Of a stretch of 64,000 nucleotides of DNA, positions 36,355 to 50,560 are shown one piece after another; position 1 is the stretch's first letter; each line of letters starts with the position of its first letter. Made by a program: the position numbers and the translations under genes. Source of the stretch: Mobula hypostoma (Eukaryota); assembly GCF_963921235.1 (NCBI RefSeq), contig NC_086097.1:30692001-30756000 (forward strand), written 5' to 3'. The notes beneath the pieces are model-generated. The model searched no databases, was not told the origin of the DNA, and saw only the letters and a list, made by a program, of their open reading frames with translations.

Positions 36355-37605
36355 CATAAACTCAAGATTCTGCCAATGCTGTAAATCTACAGAAAGACAC
36401 CAAAATGCTAGAGGATCTCAGCAGGTCAGGCAATGTCTATAAACATCGATGTTTCCGGCTGAAACCCTTCACCAGGACTGGAAAGGAAGGGGGCAGAAGC
36501 CCCAATAAGGAAGTGAAGGGAGGGGAAGGAGTACAAGCTAGCAGGTGATAGGTGAAATCAGGTGAGGGGGAAGGTGGGTGCGTGGGGGAGGGAGAATGAA
36601 GTGAGAGTCTGGGAGGTGATAGGTGGGAGAGATAAAGGGTTGAAGAAGGAATTTGATAGGAGAGGAGAGTGAACTATGGGAGAAAGGGAAGGAGGGGGGA
36701 ACTGGAGAGAGGTGATAGGAAGGTGAGGAGAAGAGAAGAGGTAAGAGAGGGAATCATAATGGGAAATAGAAAGGGGGAGAATAGAAGTATATTTCAAAAT
36801 AGAAGTGGGGGAGAAATTGCTGCAAGTTGGAGAAATCAATGTTCATGCCATCAGGTTGGAGGCTACGCATATGGAATATAAAGCGTTGCTCCTCCAAACT
36901 GAGAGTGGCCTCATTCTGGCAGTAGAGGAGGCCATGGAATGGGAATGGAGAGTGAAATTAAAATGGTTAACTATTAAGAAAACCTGTTTATTGCGATGGA
37001 GTGTAGGACCTCAACTAAACAGTCTCCCACTCTACATCGGGTCTCACAGTAGTTGAGCCTGGCAGTATCACCTGGGAGGACTGTTGGGCCCTGAACGGTA
37101 GTGAGGGAGGAGGTGAATGGGCAGGTGTAATACTTATTCCACTTACAGGGACAAGTGCCAGAAGGTATATTCCATTCGGGTAGCCTCCAACCTGACAGCA
37201 TGAATATTGATTTCTCCAGCATCTGGTAATTTCTCCCCCAACCCCCCACCACTCTTTTTCCATTACCAATTCTGATTCATCTCTTATCTCTCCTCACCTG
37301 CTTATTACCAGTCACTGGTGCCCCTCCTCCTTCCCTATCTTCCATGTTTCATTCTCCTCTCCTATCAGATTCCTTCTTCTTCAGCTCCAACCCGTACATT
37401 TTTGATAGATGTAAAGAAACTGGTGATAGGTCTCACCTATCACCTGCCGGCTTGTACTCCTTCCCCTGCCCCCATAAATTATTCTGGCTTCTGCCCCCTT
37501 CCTTTCCAGTCCTGATGAAGGGTCTCAGCCTAAATTGTTGGCTCTTTATTCATCTCCATAGATGCTGCCTGACATGCTGAGTTTCTCCAGCATTTTGTGT
37601 GTGTT
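36355..37605. mobile_element. Old Penelope remnant with inverted arrangement and GIY-YIG fragments
   Basis: The left arm (36355-36900) is mirrored by 37170-37605; TCPCKWNKYYTCPFTSSLTTVQGP on the minus strand; decayed hammerhead boxes at about 36445-36480 and 37506-37540. Confidence 0.7.
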
Positions 37606-40600
37606 ACTAAGGGTGGAGTGAGGCAAGACCGCCTGACGGACAGAGATTGCCGCGCACTTTTCACAGGAGAGATGTGGCCACTGTCTGAGGAACTGCGGCA
37701 TCAAGTGGGAATCCTGCGCACAGCAAGACCCACAGGCAACACCACGGGGGAGTCACTGCAGTTCAATCCCGGTCTCTTAGGAACCCCAGCCACTGGTTGT
37801 CTCACGCTCTGCATTTGTTTTCTGGTGCTCCTCTTTAAACCCATCAAATGCCCCCTTTTCTGTATTTTATTTGTAGCTGCATCATGGTAACAGGCCCCTC
37901 TGGCCCAATGAGCTCACACTGCCTAATTACATCATGTAACCAATTAATCTACTAACCCATGCATCTTTTCCCTTCATACTGACTGGCAGAGCCCCATTTC
38001 TTGTTCCTTCAAACTTCACCAAGGCTCTTTAAGAAAATTCATTATATCACTGTGCAACATGTAGAATGTTAAGTGTACCGGAAGGGGGGGGTGGTTTGTG
38101 GATTAATATGGAGGCATGTAGTGTTATGAGGTTGCCAGATGATTGGAGATATAACGCAGTTCCAATAACCGGTATATGACACTGGGAAGATTTCTCCCCT
38201 CTCTTGCAAATTTCTACAGATGTACGTTGGAGAGTGTTTTGACTGGTCACATCACCACCTGGTACAGAGGCTCCAATGCACAAGATCTCAAGAGGCTACA
38301 AAGGGTTGTTGACTCAGCCAACTCCATTACAGGCACAACCCTCCCTACCATCGAGGACAACTTCAAGAGGCGATACCTCAAAAAGGCGGCAACCATCACA
38401 AAGGACCCTCGCCATCCGGGACATGCCCTCTTCTTGTTAGTACCATCAGGGAGGAGGTACAGGAGTCTGAATCAGGTTTATTGTCACTGATATATGTCAT
38501 GACATTTGTTGTTTTGCAGCAGCAATACATACAAAAATACTATGTTACAATAAGAAATATTTATAAAAATAAGTAGTGCAAAAAGAAACAAGAAGATAGT
38601 GCTCATGGGCTCATGGTTCATTCCCACTCAACAATTCAGGAACAGCATCTTCCCTTCCATCATCATTTTTGTGAAAGTCCCATAAACCCACAAACACCAT
38701 CTCACTATCCTTTGTTCTGCACTAGTTATTTACATTTGTAATCTATTGATTTTTTATATCTTTGCGCTGTAGTGTTGCTGTAAGACAAATATCACATCAT
38801 ATGAGACAACGATAATAAACGCGGTTGTGGAGTTGTTCATTGTGACCAGGGACAGGGAGTCGAGGCTGAGGAATATTTCATCTGGGTGGTCCTGCTCAAA
38901 CACAACTGCTCTCCCTACGTGCTATTGGCTTGGATCATGTCCTTGCTGTCTGAAGTGGGATCTGTGCCCACAATTTCCATGGCAGGTCAGCAGTAGCAGA
39001 CAAGGAGTGGGTGAAGGAGGTGAAGGAGCTGTTGTTGCCTGTCTGGGGTCCAATGAAGATAAGGTCTGTCAGAGAGGGGAAGGCTGACGGATGAAATCTC
39101 CAGTCTGGCCAGCTCCCTCAGCAAGGTAGATCTGCACATAAGCATGGATCTTTCGGGAACATATAATATTATTAAAGGGAAAGATAATAGATAGGCTGTA
39201 ACGTTGTTTCCATTGATGGGTGAGACTAGAACTTGGTGATATACCCTCAAGATTCATAGAACATAGAAAGTTAATCGCAGTAAAGGCTCTTCAGCCCATG
39301 ATGTGCTGATCTTTTAACCTACTCCAAGATCAATTTAACCCTTCCCCCACATAGCCCTTCATTTTTTCTTTCATCCATGTGTCTATCCAAGAGTCTCTTA
39401 AATGTTCCTAATGCATCTACCTTTACCACCACTGCTGGTAGCATCTACCACTTTCCGTGTGAAAAAACCTACCTTTGGCATCCCTCCTCCAATCACATTA
39501 AAATTATGCCACCTTGTGTTAGCCATTTCTGCCCTGGGAAAAAAGTCCGTCCACTCCATCTATGCATCTTATCATCTTGTACACTATTATCAAGTCACTT
39601 TTCATCCTCCTTCACTCCAAAGAGAAAAGCCCTAGCTCATTTAACCTATCCGCATAAGATACCCTCTCTAATCCAAACAGCATCCTTGGAATCTCCTCTT
39701 TGGGGGAGTAGATCTAGGCTGGTGGTGAGAAGGAACTCCTTTTCCCAGACAGCAGTGAATCTGTGGAATTCTCTGCTCAGGGAAGCAGTAGAGGCTCTCT
39801 TACTAAAGGTAATTAAGATGCAGTTAGATAGGTTTTTACATAGCAGAGGAATTAAGAGTTCTGGAGAAAAGGCAGGTAGGTGGAGCTGAGTCCACATCCA
39901 GATCAGTTACAAGAGCATAAAATATAGGAGCAGAATTAGACCATTTAGCCCATCAAGTCTGCTCTGTCAGTCACAGGTGAGTTGTTTTTTTAACCCCATT
40001 CTCCTGCTTTCTTGCTGCAGTCCTTAATCCCTTTGCCAATCAAAAATCTATCAATCTCTGCCCAAGTACACCTAATGTCAAAGATCATGGAGAAAAGGCA
40101 GGGGAATGTGGTTGAGAGGGCAAATAAATCAGCCATGATGAAATGGCGGAGCAGACTCGATGGGCCAGATGACCGACTCCTGCCCGTTCTTACATCACAC
40201 CATCTCCATAGTGACACGCTAAACATGAGCTGTCATAGGAGGCAAGTGCAATTCTCTGAGACAAGGCAGGGGAGTTGACACAATAGCCAGCTGCCACGGA
40301 GGTGACTTCACCCCAGTGGTTATCAAGTATTATCAGTGAGGCATCAGAGCTTGGTATAGGAAGCATAATTACCGGCAGCATCTGGTGACTCAACAGGGCC
40401 GGACATGCCTGAGCCAGGAGAGATTTCACCTCTCACTTTCACTTAACCCTTTCAGCAGTCCCAGGCCAATGGGGAGAGATCTTGCTGTGTCTTCCTGCGC
40501 CCACCCCCCACCCAACCAGGCACCGCTAGCTGATTGAGGTGCTCCCTCCACGCCCACACCTCAAATTGGTGCTGTGCCCAGCCTGCCTCAGAGCTCAAAG

Positions 40601-40664
40601 TGAACAGAAAGCATCCTGGCAGAATCAGAGTCATTATCACTGACTTAACAGTATATAATGTGAA

Positions 40665-40885
40665 CACAAAATATTCTGCAGATGCTGAGGTCAAAGCAAC
40701 ACGCACAACATGCTAGAGGAACTCAGCGGGTCAGGCAGCATCCATGGAAACAAACAGTCAACGTTTCGGGCTGAGACCCTTTGTCAGGACTCACGTCAGT
40801 TCTGACGGAGGGTCTTGGCCCAAAATATTGACTGTTCGTTTCCACAGATGCTGCCCGACCTGCTGAGTTCCTCCAGCGTGTTGTG
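40665..40885. mobile_element. Penelope-derived inverted terminal hairpin
   Basis: cagtcaacgtttcgggctgagaccctttgtcaggact followed by its inverse agttctgacggagggtcttggcccaaaatattgactg; tataatgtgaa is repeated on both flanks. Confidence 0.7.
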
Positions 40886-42997
40886 AGTATATAATGTGAA
40901 ATTGTTCTGCCAAGCAATGTGGACATGTTGGCGTGGAAGAGTGTGGTGACACTTCCCTTGGAACAAAGATAAGGGTGAATTTCTTCAGGTAGGTGGTGGG
41001 AAATTTGTAGAATTCATGGCCACAGATGGCTGTGGAGGCCAAGACATTGGGGATATTTAAAGTAAAGCTTGATAGGTTCTTGATGAGTGTCAAAGATTAT
41101 GGGGAGAAGGCAGGAGAATGGGGTTGAGGGGAAAAATAAATCAGCCATGATAGGATGGCAGAGCAGACTCAAAAAATGGACTGAATAGCTTAATTCTGCT
41201 CCTAAGCTCCTATGCTCCTTGAAAGTTGCCCACAGCACACTTTCGGGTGTGTTGGTTGTTAACAAAAATAACACATGTCACTGTATGCTTCCATATACAC
41301 CATAAATAAAGTTGAATCTTGAATTTGTTGCTTTGTGGCAACAGGACAGTACAAAGGAACATAAATCCATAAATCATAAAAATAAATAATGCAATTAATG
41401 GACAGTTCAAAAATCTGATGGCGGAGGGCAAGACACTGTTCCGGAATTGTTGAATGTGTTTCTTCAGGAACATGCCGAGAACGGTAAACACTGCCTAGTC
41501 CATTACAGGCTCATCACTTCCTTTCACACTGTCTATTTTTAGGAAGGCTGGCAATATCAGCCGGGATGCCTGCCACCTGGCCATTCCCTTTTCTCTCTCT
41601 GCCTTCTGGGAGAAGATGCAGGAAAGCCTGGATGACCAGACTCAGGGACAGCTTCTTCCCCACTGCAGTCAGACTCCTGAACTATCACCTCTCACACCTC
41701 TCCTTCCCAGTGGCGCTGCTACGTTCTCAAACACTTCATTCTACCCCTTCTGTTATTGTTACTTCAGCACTAGGTTTTGCGTTATTCAGAATATATTATA
41801 ATCCCTGCACCATTCTGCTGTTTTGTGCTTGGTAAATTGGTTTACTATTGTCAAATGTACTGAGGTACAGTGTGAAAAATTAGTTTTGTACAATGTTCAT
41901 ACAAATCATTCCATCACATCAGTATATTGAGGTAGTACAAGGTAATAAAGAATAAAGTGCAGCAGTAATAGACAAAGAGCAGTGGAGGCAGGCAATAAGG
42001 TGCAAGGTCATAACAAGGTAGATTGTGTGGTCAACAGTCCACCCACAACCTGTAGACTCACTTTCAAGGACTCTACATCTCATCTTCTCTGTATTATTTA
42101 TTTACTTTTCTATTTTGCATTTTACTATGTGCTTTTCTTTGTATTTGCACAGTTTGTCTTCTCTTGCACATTGATTGTTTATCTCTCTTTGTGTATAGTT
42201 TTTCATTGATTCTATCCTATTTCTTTGTTCTACAGTGGATTCCTGCAAGAAAATGGTGATATATGCGTACTTTGAACTTGAGCTTTTGAATCCTGTTCAA
42301 GGTAACCACAATGCATTTCACTGTATATCTGATGTACATGATAAATAAATCTGACTCTGAATTTACTTATTTTCTAATTTATTGTAATTTTAGATCTTTG
42401 CACTGTGCTGCTGTCGCAAAACATCAAATTTCACCGCATATAAAACAGTGATAATAAACCTGATTCTGTTCAATTCAGCTCTGATCCTCGTGCCAATGAA
42501 GTGCAACATGAGTCACTTATTCCACCATTGCAGGGGCACCTCCTTCTCCTTCCTTCTGTCTACGTACCACCATGTCCTGCTCCTTAATTACACCCTCCAA
42601 CGTTGTCCAAAAACAACAGTAGTCTAGACAAACATTCCTCGCACCACAGGTTGCCCAGCCCAGCAACATCCTGCTGTATGCCCCATCTGACCACCTGCAC
42701 CGGGAAAATACTCATCGTCAGGCCAGCTGAGAGGACACAAGGACGAGAGGTGGATGATAACAGGAGGTCAGATCAAACGGCAGGGTGTGTTTGTCACTAC
42801 AGACCCATCAGTGCCGGCCTTGGGGTCACTGGGCCAGTATTATTATGTGCACCCGACAGCAGTTGAGATAAACACCTCGCCTGTCATCGAAAGATGGAGC
42901 AGAGATAACAACAGATCACAGTGCAGTATCAGTAGTGGCTCTATTTAGACTGTGTGAGATATCGCTCGCTTTTGACAGCTGAGTACACATTGGAGTA

Positions 42998-43310
42998 TGG
43001 GCGGCATGGTAGTGTAGTGGCTAGCAGAACACTCTCCGGAGTCAGCAATCACTGATTGCAGTTCAATTCCCACCGCTCTTCGTAAGGAGTTTGTACGTTC
43101 TCCCTGTGGCTACACGGGATTCCTCCGGCTGCTCTAGTTTTCTCCCACATTCTAGAGAAGCACAGGTTAGTGGTAGTAATTGTGGCATGCTGTGTTGGCT
43201 CCGGAAGCATGGTGACACTTGTTGGCTGCCCCCCACCCCCAGCACATCTCAGTGCTGGTCATTGACGCATTTCACTGTATGTACCTGACAAATAAAGTTA
43301 ATCTTCATCT
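42998..43310 (+). mobile_element. V-SINE/HE1-like tRNA-derived SINE
   Basis: Head ggcggcatggtagtgtagtgg...gttcaattccc and central ggagtttgtacgttctccc...tcctccggctgctctagttttctcccaca. Related copies lie at about 62318-62575 (+), 58975-59290 (-) and 61570-61870 (-). Confidence 0.68.
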
Positions 43311-43357
43311 TTAGATGCAGGCCACAGGGCAATGACTGTACCATTCAGGGTACTGTT

Positions 43358-43585
43358 TGGTCACACTATCATGGGGTCAGTCAGTGAAGGGTCTCACCAT
43401 TGAGGGGTGACTCTCACAGTGACAGGGTCACACCATCGAGTGGTCAGTCTCACAAAGACAAGGCATACCATTGAGGGGTCAGTCAAAGTGACAACCACAC
43501 CATCGAGGAGTCAGTTTCAGAGTGACAGGTCACACCAAGGGGTCACTCTAACAGTGATGGGTCACGCCATCAAGGGGTCAGTCAT
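43358..43585. repeat. Degenerate ~32-36-bp minisatellite, about 7 units
   Basis: Consensus approximately ggtcacaccatcgaggggtcagtctcacagtgaca. Confidence 0.78.
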
Positions 43586-44282
43586 GGGGAGGCATACAGA
43601 GATGAGATAGAATGGTTGACTGAGTAGTGTTGTGACAACAACCTCACACTCAACATCAGCAAGACCAAGGAACCAACTGTGGACTTCAGGAAGGGGAAGT
43701 TGGGTGAACACACATGAGACCTCATTGAGAGGTGAGCAGTGGAAAGAGTGAGCAGATTCAAGTTCCTGGGTGTCAACATCTCTGAAGATCTATCTTGGAC
43801 ACAACACATTAATGCAATCATGAAGAAGGCATACCAGCGGATACACTTCATTAGGAGTTTAATAAGTTTTGAAAGGTCACCAAAGACGCTCACAAATTTT
43901 AACAGATGGACAGATGCATTCTGACTGGTTGCATCGCCTCCTGGTATGAAAGTTCCAGTGAACAGATCGCAAGAGACTGCAGAGGGTCATAGATTCAGTC
44001 AGCCCCATCACAAGCACAACACAACAGGTAGTGCCCTCTTCTCATTACTACCATCAGGGAGGAGGTACAGGAGCCTGAAGACTCACACTCAATAACTCAG
44101 GAACAGCTTCTTCCCCTCTGCAATCAGATTTATGAATGGCTCATGAGCCCATGAATTGTACCTTGTTATTTGATTTATTTTGTAATTCATAGAAATTATA
44201 TGCCTTTGCACTGCACTGCTGCTGCAAAACAACAAATTACATGTCATATTAGTCAGTGATAATAAATCTAATTTTGATTCTC
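43586..44282 (+). mobile_element. Rex1/Babar-like LINE 3' fragment
   Basis: Reads ERVSRFKFLGVNISEDLSWTQHINAIMKKAYQR. Confidence 0.7.
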
Positions 44283-45120
44283 TCCCTGTCCCAGAAAGTG
44301 GTGCAGGGATGAAGAATAGTGATTCTATAGGATTCCACCCAGTCAAAGATTCAAAGGTTCATTTTATTATCAAAGTATGTATGCAGAATACAACTCTGAG
44401 ATTCGTCTTCTCCAAATAGCCATGAAATACAGAAAAACCATGGAAGTCATTAAAAGAAAAAAAAAATCAGACTCCTCCCCCCCGCATGAAAATGAAAAAG
44501 AAACAAAATCTCACAGGCCCTAACCCTAATCACCTCCCTCACAAAAAAAACTAACAAATCGTCTACAAGGAAAAGAAAAATAAACAGCAACGATAACATC
44601 AAACCCCCAAACCCCTAACTTGCCAATCGGCAGCAAGGAAGAAAACACAGGAAAATGAAGGAGATCAATATAAACTACAATCCATACCTATAATCACATA
44701 AATCTTAGAATTTCAAAAACATCCTCGGTCAGCATTGAAGAGAGCAACCGCTCGAACTCAGTCCTTCCATGGAGAGTGACCGTCGACAAGGCCTCTTCCA
44801 CATTCATCTTGTTGTTTCAATCTTCTTCAAGTTGGGAGAATACCTATGCCCAGATAATGGGGTTTGAGATGAAGGCAAAGATTCTATAAGAGACATAAAA
44901 TACTGCAGACGCTAGAATCTGCGGCAACAAACTGCTGAAGGAACTCAGCAGGTCAGGCAGCATCTGTGGTGGGAAATTGTCAATCAATGCTTTGGGGCGA
45001 GACCCTCCACATGAACTTTTCTTCAGTCCAGGTGAAGGGTCTCAACCCAAAGCATAAACTGTTCATTTCCATCCACAGATGCTTCCTGACCCGTTGAGTT
45101 CCTACTGCAGTTGTTCATTA

Positions 45121-45996
45121 GTGGTGTTGTGGATAGTATAGAAGGTTGTCATAGGTTACAATCGGACATTGACAGGATGCAGAGCTGGGCTGAGACATGG
45201 CAGAAGGACCTCAAACCAGAAAAGTGTGAAATGCTACACTTCTGAAGGTTGAACTTGAATGCAAGGTTAACAGCAAGATTCCTGGCAGTGTGGAGGAACA
45301 GGGGGATCTTGGGATCTATGTCCACAGATCCCTCAGAGTTGCCATGCAATATGACTGTGTGGTTAAGAAGGTGCCTGGTGCATTAGCCTTCATTAATAAG
45401 GGGATTGAGTTCAAGAGCCACGAAGTAACATTGCAGCTCTATAAAACCCTGGTTAGACCGCACTTGGAATGTTGTATTCAGTTCTAGTCACCTCATTATA
45501 GGAAAAATGTGGAAAATTTAGGAAGAGTGCAGTGGAGCTTTACCAGGATGTTGCCTGGATTAGAGAGTACATCTTATGAGAATAGGGTGAGTAAGCTGGG
45601 GCTTTTCTCTTTGAAGCAGAGGAGGATGAGAGGTGACTTGATAGAGGTATAGAAGATGATAAGAAGCATAGATAAAGTGGAAATCCAGAGATTCTTTTCT
45701 GCTGTGGAAATGGCTAATTCAAGAGGCATCATTTTAAGGTAATTGGAGGGAAGTATAGGGGCAATGTTAGAGATAGGCTTTTTACACAGGGAGTGGTAGG
45801 TGCGTGAAACACCCTGCCAGAGGCGGTCGTAGGGGCAGATACATTAGAGACATTTCAGATACTCTTAGATAGACACATGGATGAAAGTAAACTTGAGAGC
45901 TATATGGGAGGGAGGGGTTAGATTAATCTTAGAGTAGGTTAAAAAGTCAGCACAACATTGTGGGATGAAGGGTCTGTAATGTGCTGACTGTTCTAT
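45121..45996 (+). mobile_element. CR1 LINE 3' fragment
   Basis: Reads EEQGDLGIYVHRSL...LQLYKTLVRPHLECCIQF and ends in a CR1-type tail. Confidence 0.78.
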
Positions 45997-46660
45997 GCGG
46001 GACATAGATAAGAGGAATGTGCACGGACTTTTCCCCAGAACTTGGGATTCAAGAACTAGAAGGCATAGGTAGAAGGTCAGAGGGGAATATTTAATAGGAA
46101 CTTGAAGGGCAACCTTTTCACCCAAAAGGTGGCCTGAATATGGAACAGGCTGCAAGAACACATGGCTACACTTCTGAGTTGCCGTCACCACATCCTTAGA
46201 TTGTACTGGTCGTTAATGCAAACAACACATCTCACTGTGTTTCAATGTACAGACAGTATATAAATGAACATGTATCTGAATCTGCCACAGCAAGTTGTTG
46301 AGGCAGGTAAAGTAACAATGTTTACATGTCAGTTGGTCAGGTACCTGAAGAGGAAAGTTATAGAGGTATATGGGCCAAATGCAGACAAATTGGACTCATT
46401 AGATAGGGCATCTTAGTCAGCATGGACCAATTGTGCCGAAGGGCTGTATAAACCCATGACCACCTCCAATCAACTTCACCCAGTGAAGATCTCTCACTAA
46501 CAATATTACTTTCCTGCCCATCAACAGAGAGGAATAACTTCAAGTGAACTTCGTTTAATTTTTTTACTAGACCCTAAAGCTGAGAGATGGTGTTACAAAT
46601 GGAAGCCAACTTTTGCTGGTTCAGCCACAATCCAGAGACAGATGCTCAACTGTTGTCCCG

Positions 46661-46922
46661 TCACGAGGAAGACAAGAGGTATTTGGAAGCCTGTAGGCGG
46701 GAGGCGATCCTTTCCTGAAACCACATAAAAGCAAAATTCACGCCTGCTGTTTTTGGGATGCACTCGTCGAGGACAAAGGTCTGCCAGTCTTTCCGGGGGA
46801 GGTGAACCACTTCAATCAGCTCTCCCTCCTCGGGCTTCCCACCGTCCGTTCCCATATGCATGTCATCCGAAACCTCCACGTAAAACATGGTGTGCTTGGC
46901 TCCTGTCAGCCCAACACCCGAC
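46661..46922 (-). CDS. NUDT14: NUDT14 (UDP-glucose pyrophosphatase, Nudix hydrolase) last coding exon
   Basis: ccctttAG acceptor; reads SGVGLTGAKHTMFYVEVSDD...GGKPEEGELIEVVHLP...IPKTAGVNFAFMWF to TGA at 46663-46661; phase matches the upstream exon (AG|G = Arg). Possible ATTAAA polyA signal at 46554-46559 (-). Confidence 0.93.
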
Positions 46923-46964
46923 CTAAAGGGCAGAGGCACACGTTAGCCTGTGTTTTCAGATAGT

Positions 46965-47520
46965 GTGGGGGAGGAAAGGGGTTCAAAGAAAACAGATACA
47001 GGGAGAGGGGCAAACAGAGGAAGTGAGAGAGAGAGTGTCAGAGAAAGTGAGAGGCTAGAAGAGCGGGAAAGGGGAGAAGAGAAAAGAGCAGATGGAGAGA
47101 GAAAGAGATAGAAAAAAAATTGAAAGGACACACACACTAAATGCTAGAGTACCTCAGCAGGGCAAGGGACATCTATGGAGGGAAATGAATAGTCAATGTT
47201 TTGGGCAAAGGGAAGGGGATAAAGTGATTGTATGATACACTAAGGAGAGGGGGAGAAGGGGAAAGGGGGAGAAGGGGAGAAGGGGGAGGGGGAGAGGGGG
47301 AAAAGGAGAGAGAGAGACTGAGAGACAAAGATGTGGGCAGAAAAAGATGGAGAAAGGGTGGTGAAGAGATTGAAAGATAGACAGAAAGTAGGCAGTGAGA
47401 AACACAGTGACAGTGAAAATGAAGAGAGTAGAAAACAGACGGCAAAAGGAGAGAGACACACATGAAGGGATTCAGTAAAGGACATGAAGAAAGACAGCAG
47501 GAACAGAAAGCAGATAGTAA
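46965..47520. repeat. Purine-rich low-complexity tract (pyrimidine-rich on the NUDT14 sense strand)
   Basis: GA-rich sequence next to the last-exon acceptor. Confidence 0.7.
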
Positions 47521-49389
47521 AACAAACAAATGAGATTCTGCATGATGCCAAAAATCTCAAGCAACACACGAAAAATGCTGGAGGAACTCAGCAGGTCAGG
47601 CAATCTCTATGAAGAGGAATAATCAGTCGACATCAGGCTGAGACCCTTCATCAGGACTGGAAAGCAGGGGGTGAAAAGCCAGAATAAGAGGTTGGGGGGA
47701 GAGGATGGAGTACAGGCTGGCAGGTGATAGATGAGGGGGAAAGTAGGTAGTGGGAGAGGGGAGGGAGTGATGTTAAAAACTGGGAGGTGGTAAGTGGAAG
47801 AGGTAAAGGGCTGAAGAACAAATCTGACATTCAAACCTAGTCGACTGTTTATTCCCCTTCAGGGAGTAACCCTGCAGGCTGCCTGCGGCATATCTTTGGA
47901 CTGTGTTGGTCATCGTCACAAAGGATGCATTTCACTGTATGTTTCCATAAATCTGAATCTGAATCTGCCATTCTTCCTACTGTCTTCTGGCACCAGAGCA
48001 GGATCGCCAAGAGTACTAATCGTTAAACTGGGAACTGCTCTTTCACCGAATACCAGATCGGGTCTGAAGAAGGATTCAGGGCCACCTACTGAATGAGGTC
48101 TGTAGGACTGCAAAGAATAACTGTAAGAAATGCTTCCTTTTAACTAGAGCAACAACCTGCTGGAGCAACTCAGTGGATCAAGCAGCACCTGTGGGAAAAA
48201 CAGAACTGTCAACTTCTCAGATCGAAACCTTGCTCAACCTGCTGAGTTCCTCCAGCAGATGGTCTGTTCCTCTGGATTTCAGCATCTGCAAGTTGTATCT
48301 CTATGTATTTAATTAATTGCATTAAATTCACTATTTTCAATAACGCAAGCTTATTTATTTTTATTGATTTTTTAAAATTTTAGCATATTAATACCATTTA
48401 TTTTTAATTGAATAATGTATAGTATTTCAGAGAGTTTTTAAATCATTCTGAATATCAGAGAGATTGAGAAACCTTAACATGTTTAACAGACAGCAGAGCA
48501 GAGGAATCATAGTGTCATAAATTCATATAACACAGAAACAGGCCCTTCGGCCCAACTGGTTCATACCAACCACAGCATCCCCCCTGAATGTCCCAGTTAT
48601 TTATTTATTTAGTGATACAGCATTGAATAGGCCCTTCCGGCCCTCTGAGTTGTACAGCTCCAGCATTCCCCAACAACCCGAGTTAATTCTAACCTAATCA
48701 GAGGACAATTTCCAATGACTAATTGCCCACATTCAGTCCATAACCTTCAAAGCCTCTCCCGTCCATGTACCTATCCAGATGTTGTAATAGTACCTGTCTC
48801 AACCACTTCCTTTGGCAGCTCTTTCCAGGTATTCACTACCTTCTGAGTAAAGAAGTTACCTCTCTAGTCTCTTTTAAACCTTGGGGTGGGGGGGGCAGAA
48901 GGGGAAGTACAAACTGGCAGGTGATAGGTGAGATAGGTGATAGGAGAACGTGGGTGGGTGGGTGAGGAGAAAACTCAGAGGGATAGTGGAAAATTTAAGG
49001 GGCTTAAGAAGAAGGAACCCACGTTCTTACTAGCCTCTATGACCCTCTTTTCCAGTCCTAATGAAGGGTCTCAGTCTAAAAAAGCGACTGTTTATTTCTC
49101 TCCAATAGGTGCTGCCTGACCTGTTGAGTTCCTCCAGGACTTTAGACCATAAGATATAGAAGCAGAATTAGGCCATTTGGCCATTGAATCTGCTCCACCA
49201 TTCACCATGGCTGATTCATTATTCCTCTTAGCCCCAATCACCAGCCTTCTCTCCATATCCTTTCATGCCTTGACCAATCAAGAATCTATCAACCTCTGCC
49301 TTAAATATTTGTAAAGACTTGGCCTCCACAGCTGCCTGTGGCAACAAAGTCCACAGATTCACCATTCTCTGGCTAAAGATAATTCCTTC

Positions 49390-50030
49390 TTGCAGTTATA
49401 AAGAAAGCAAGACAGTGGCTATACTTCAGTAGGAGTTTGAAGAGATTTGGTTTGTCAACAAATACACTCAAAAACTGTACAATGGAGAGCATTCTGGCAA
49501 GCTGCATCACTGTCTGGTGTGAGGGTGGGGGGGTTACTGCACAGGACCAAAAGAAGTTGCAGAGGGTTGTAAATTTAGTCGGCTCCATCTTGGGTACCAG
49601 CCTACAAAGCACCCAGGACATCTTCACAGAGCCGTACCTCAGAAAGGCAGCATCCATTATTAAGGACCTCCAGCACCCAGGGCATGCCCTTTTCTCACTG
49701 TTACCATCAGGTAGGAGGTACAGAAGCCTGAAGGCACACACTCAGCGATTCAGGAACAGCTTCTTCCCCTCTGTCTAAATGGGCATTGAACCCTTGGGCA
49801 CTACCTCACTTTCTTAATATATATTATTTCTGTTTTTTGCACTATTTTTAATCTATTCAATATACATATACTGTAATTCATTTACTTATTTATTATTATT
49901 ATTTTATTTTCTTGTTTTTTTCTTCTATATTATGTATTGCATTGAACTGCTGTTAACAAATTTCACGTCACATGCTGGTGGTAACAAACCTGATTCTGAT
50001 TCTGAATTCTGACTCTGAATTCTGATTTCC
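49390..50030 (+). mobile_element. Rex1/Babar-like LINE 3' fragment with an (ATTCTG)n tail
   Basis: Reads ESILASCITVWC...LQRVVNL...HPGHALFSLLPSGRRYRSL; same subfamily as 20385-21525. Confidence 0.75.
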
Positions 50031-50036
50031 GAATTC

Positions 50037-50560
50037 TGAATTCCTCATCTCCATTCTAAAAGGATGCTCCTCTATTCTGTGTCCTCTGGTCCTAGACTCT
50101 CCAGCCATAGGAAAAATCCTCTTCACATCCACCCTATCATGCCCTTTCACCATTTGATAGATTTCAATTAGGTCACCCCTCATTCTTCTGAGTTCTAGTG
50201 AATTCAGGTCCAGAGTCATCAAACGCTCTTCATCTGACAAACCGTTCAATCCTGGATTCATTTTCGTGAGCCTCCTTTGAGCCCTCTCTAGTGTCAGCAC
50301 ATATTTTCTAAGATAAGGGGCCCAGAACTGTTCAGAATACTCTAGGTGAGGCCTCTCTGGTGCTTTATAAAGTCTCAAAATTACATTTTTGCTTTTATAT
50401 TCTAGTGAAGACTATTGCAAAATACTTATTCAATTTGTCCCCATTACTACCTCTATTAGACCTCGCCAGCATCATTTTCCAGTGGTCCAATATCCATTCT
50501 TGCCTCTCTTTTACACTTTATGTATCTGAAGAAACGTTTGGTATTCTCTTTAATATTATT
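50037..50560 (-). mobile_element. CR1 fragment (host of the 50561 insertion; resumes at about 51267)
   Basis: Reads RLYKAPERPHLEYSEQFWAPYLRK...RRMRGDLIEIY; the host sequence ...taatattatt|ggctagcttac... is split by the insertion. Confidence 0.72.

Noticed and set aside
35215..43585. The two minisatellites as CRISPR-like arrays
   Set aside because: Eukaryotic context, degenerate head-to-tail units, no unique spacers and no cas genes.
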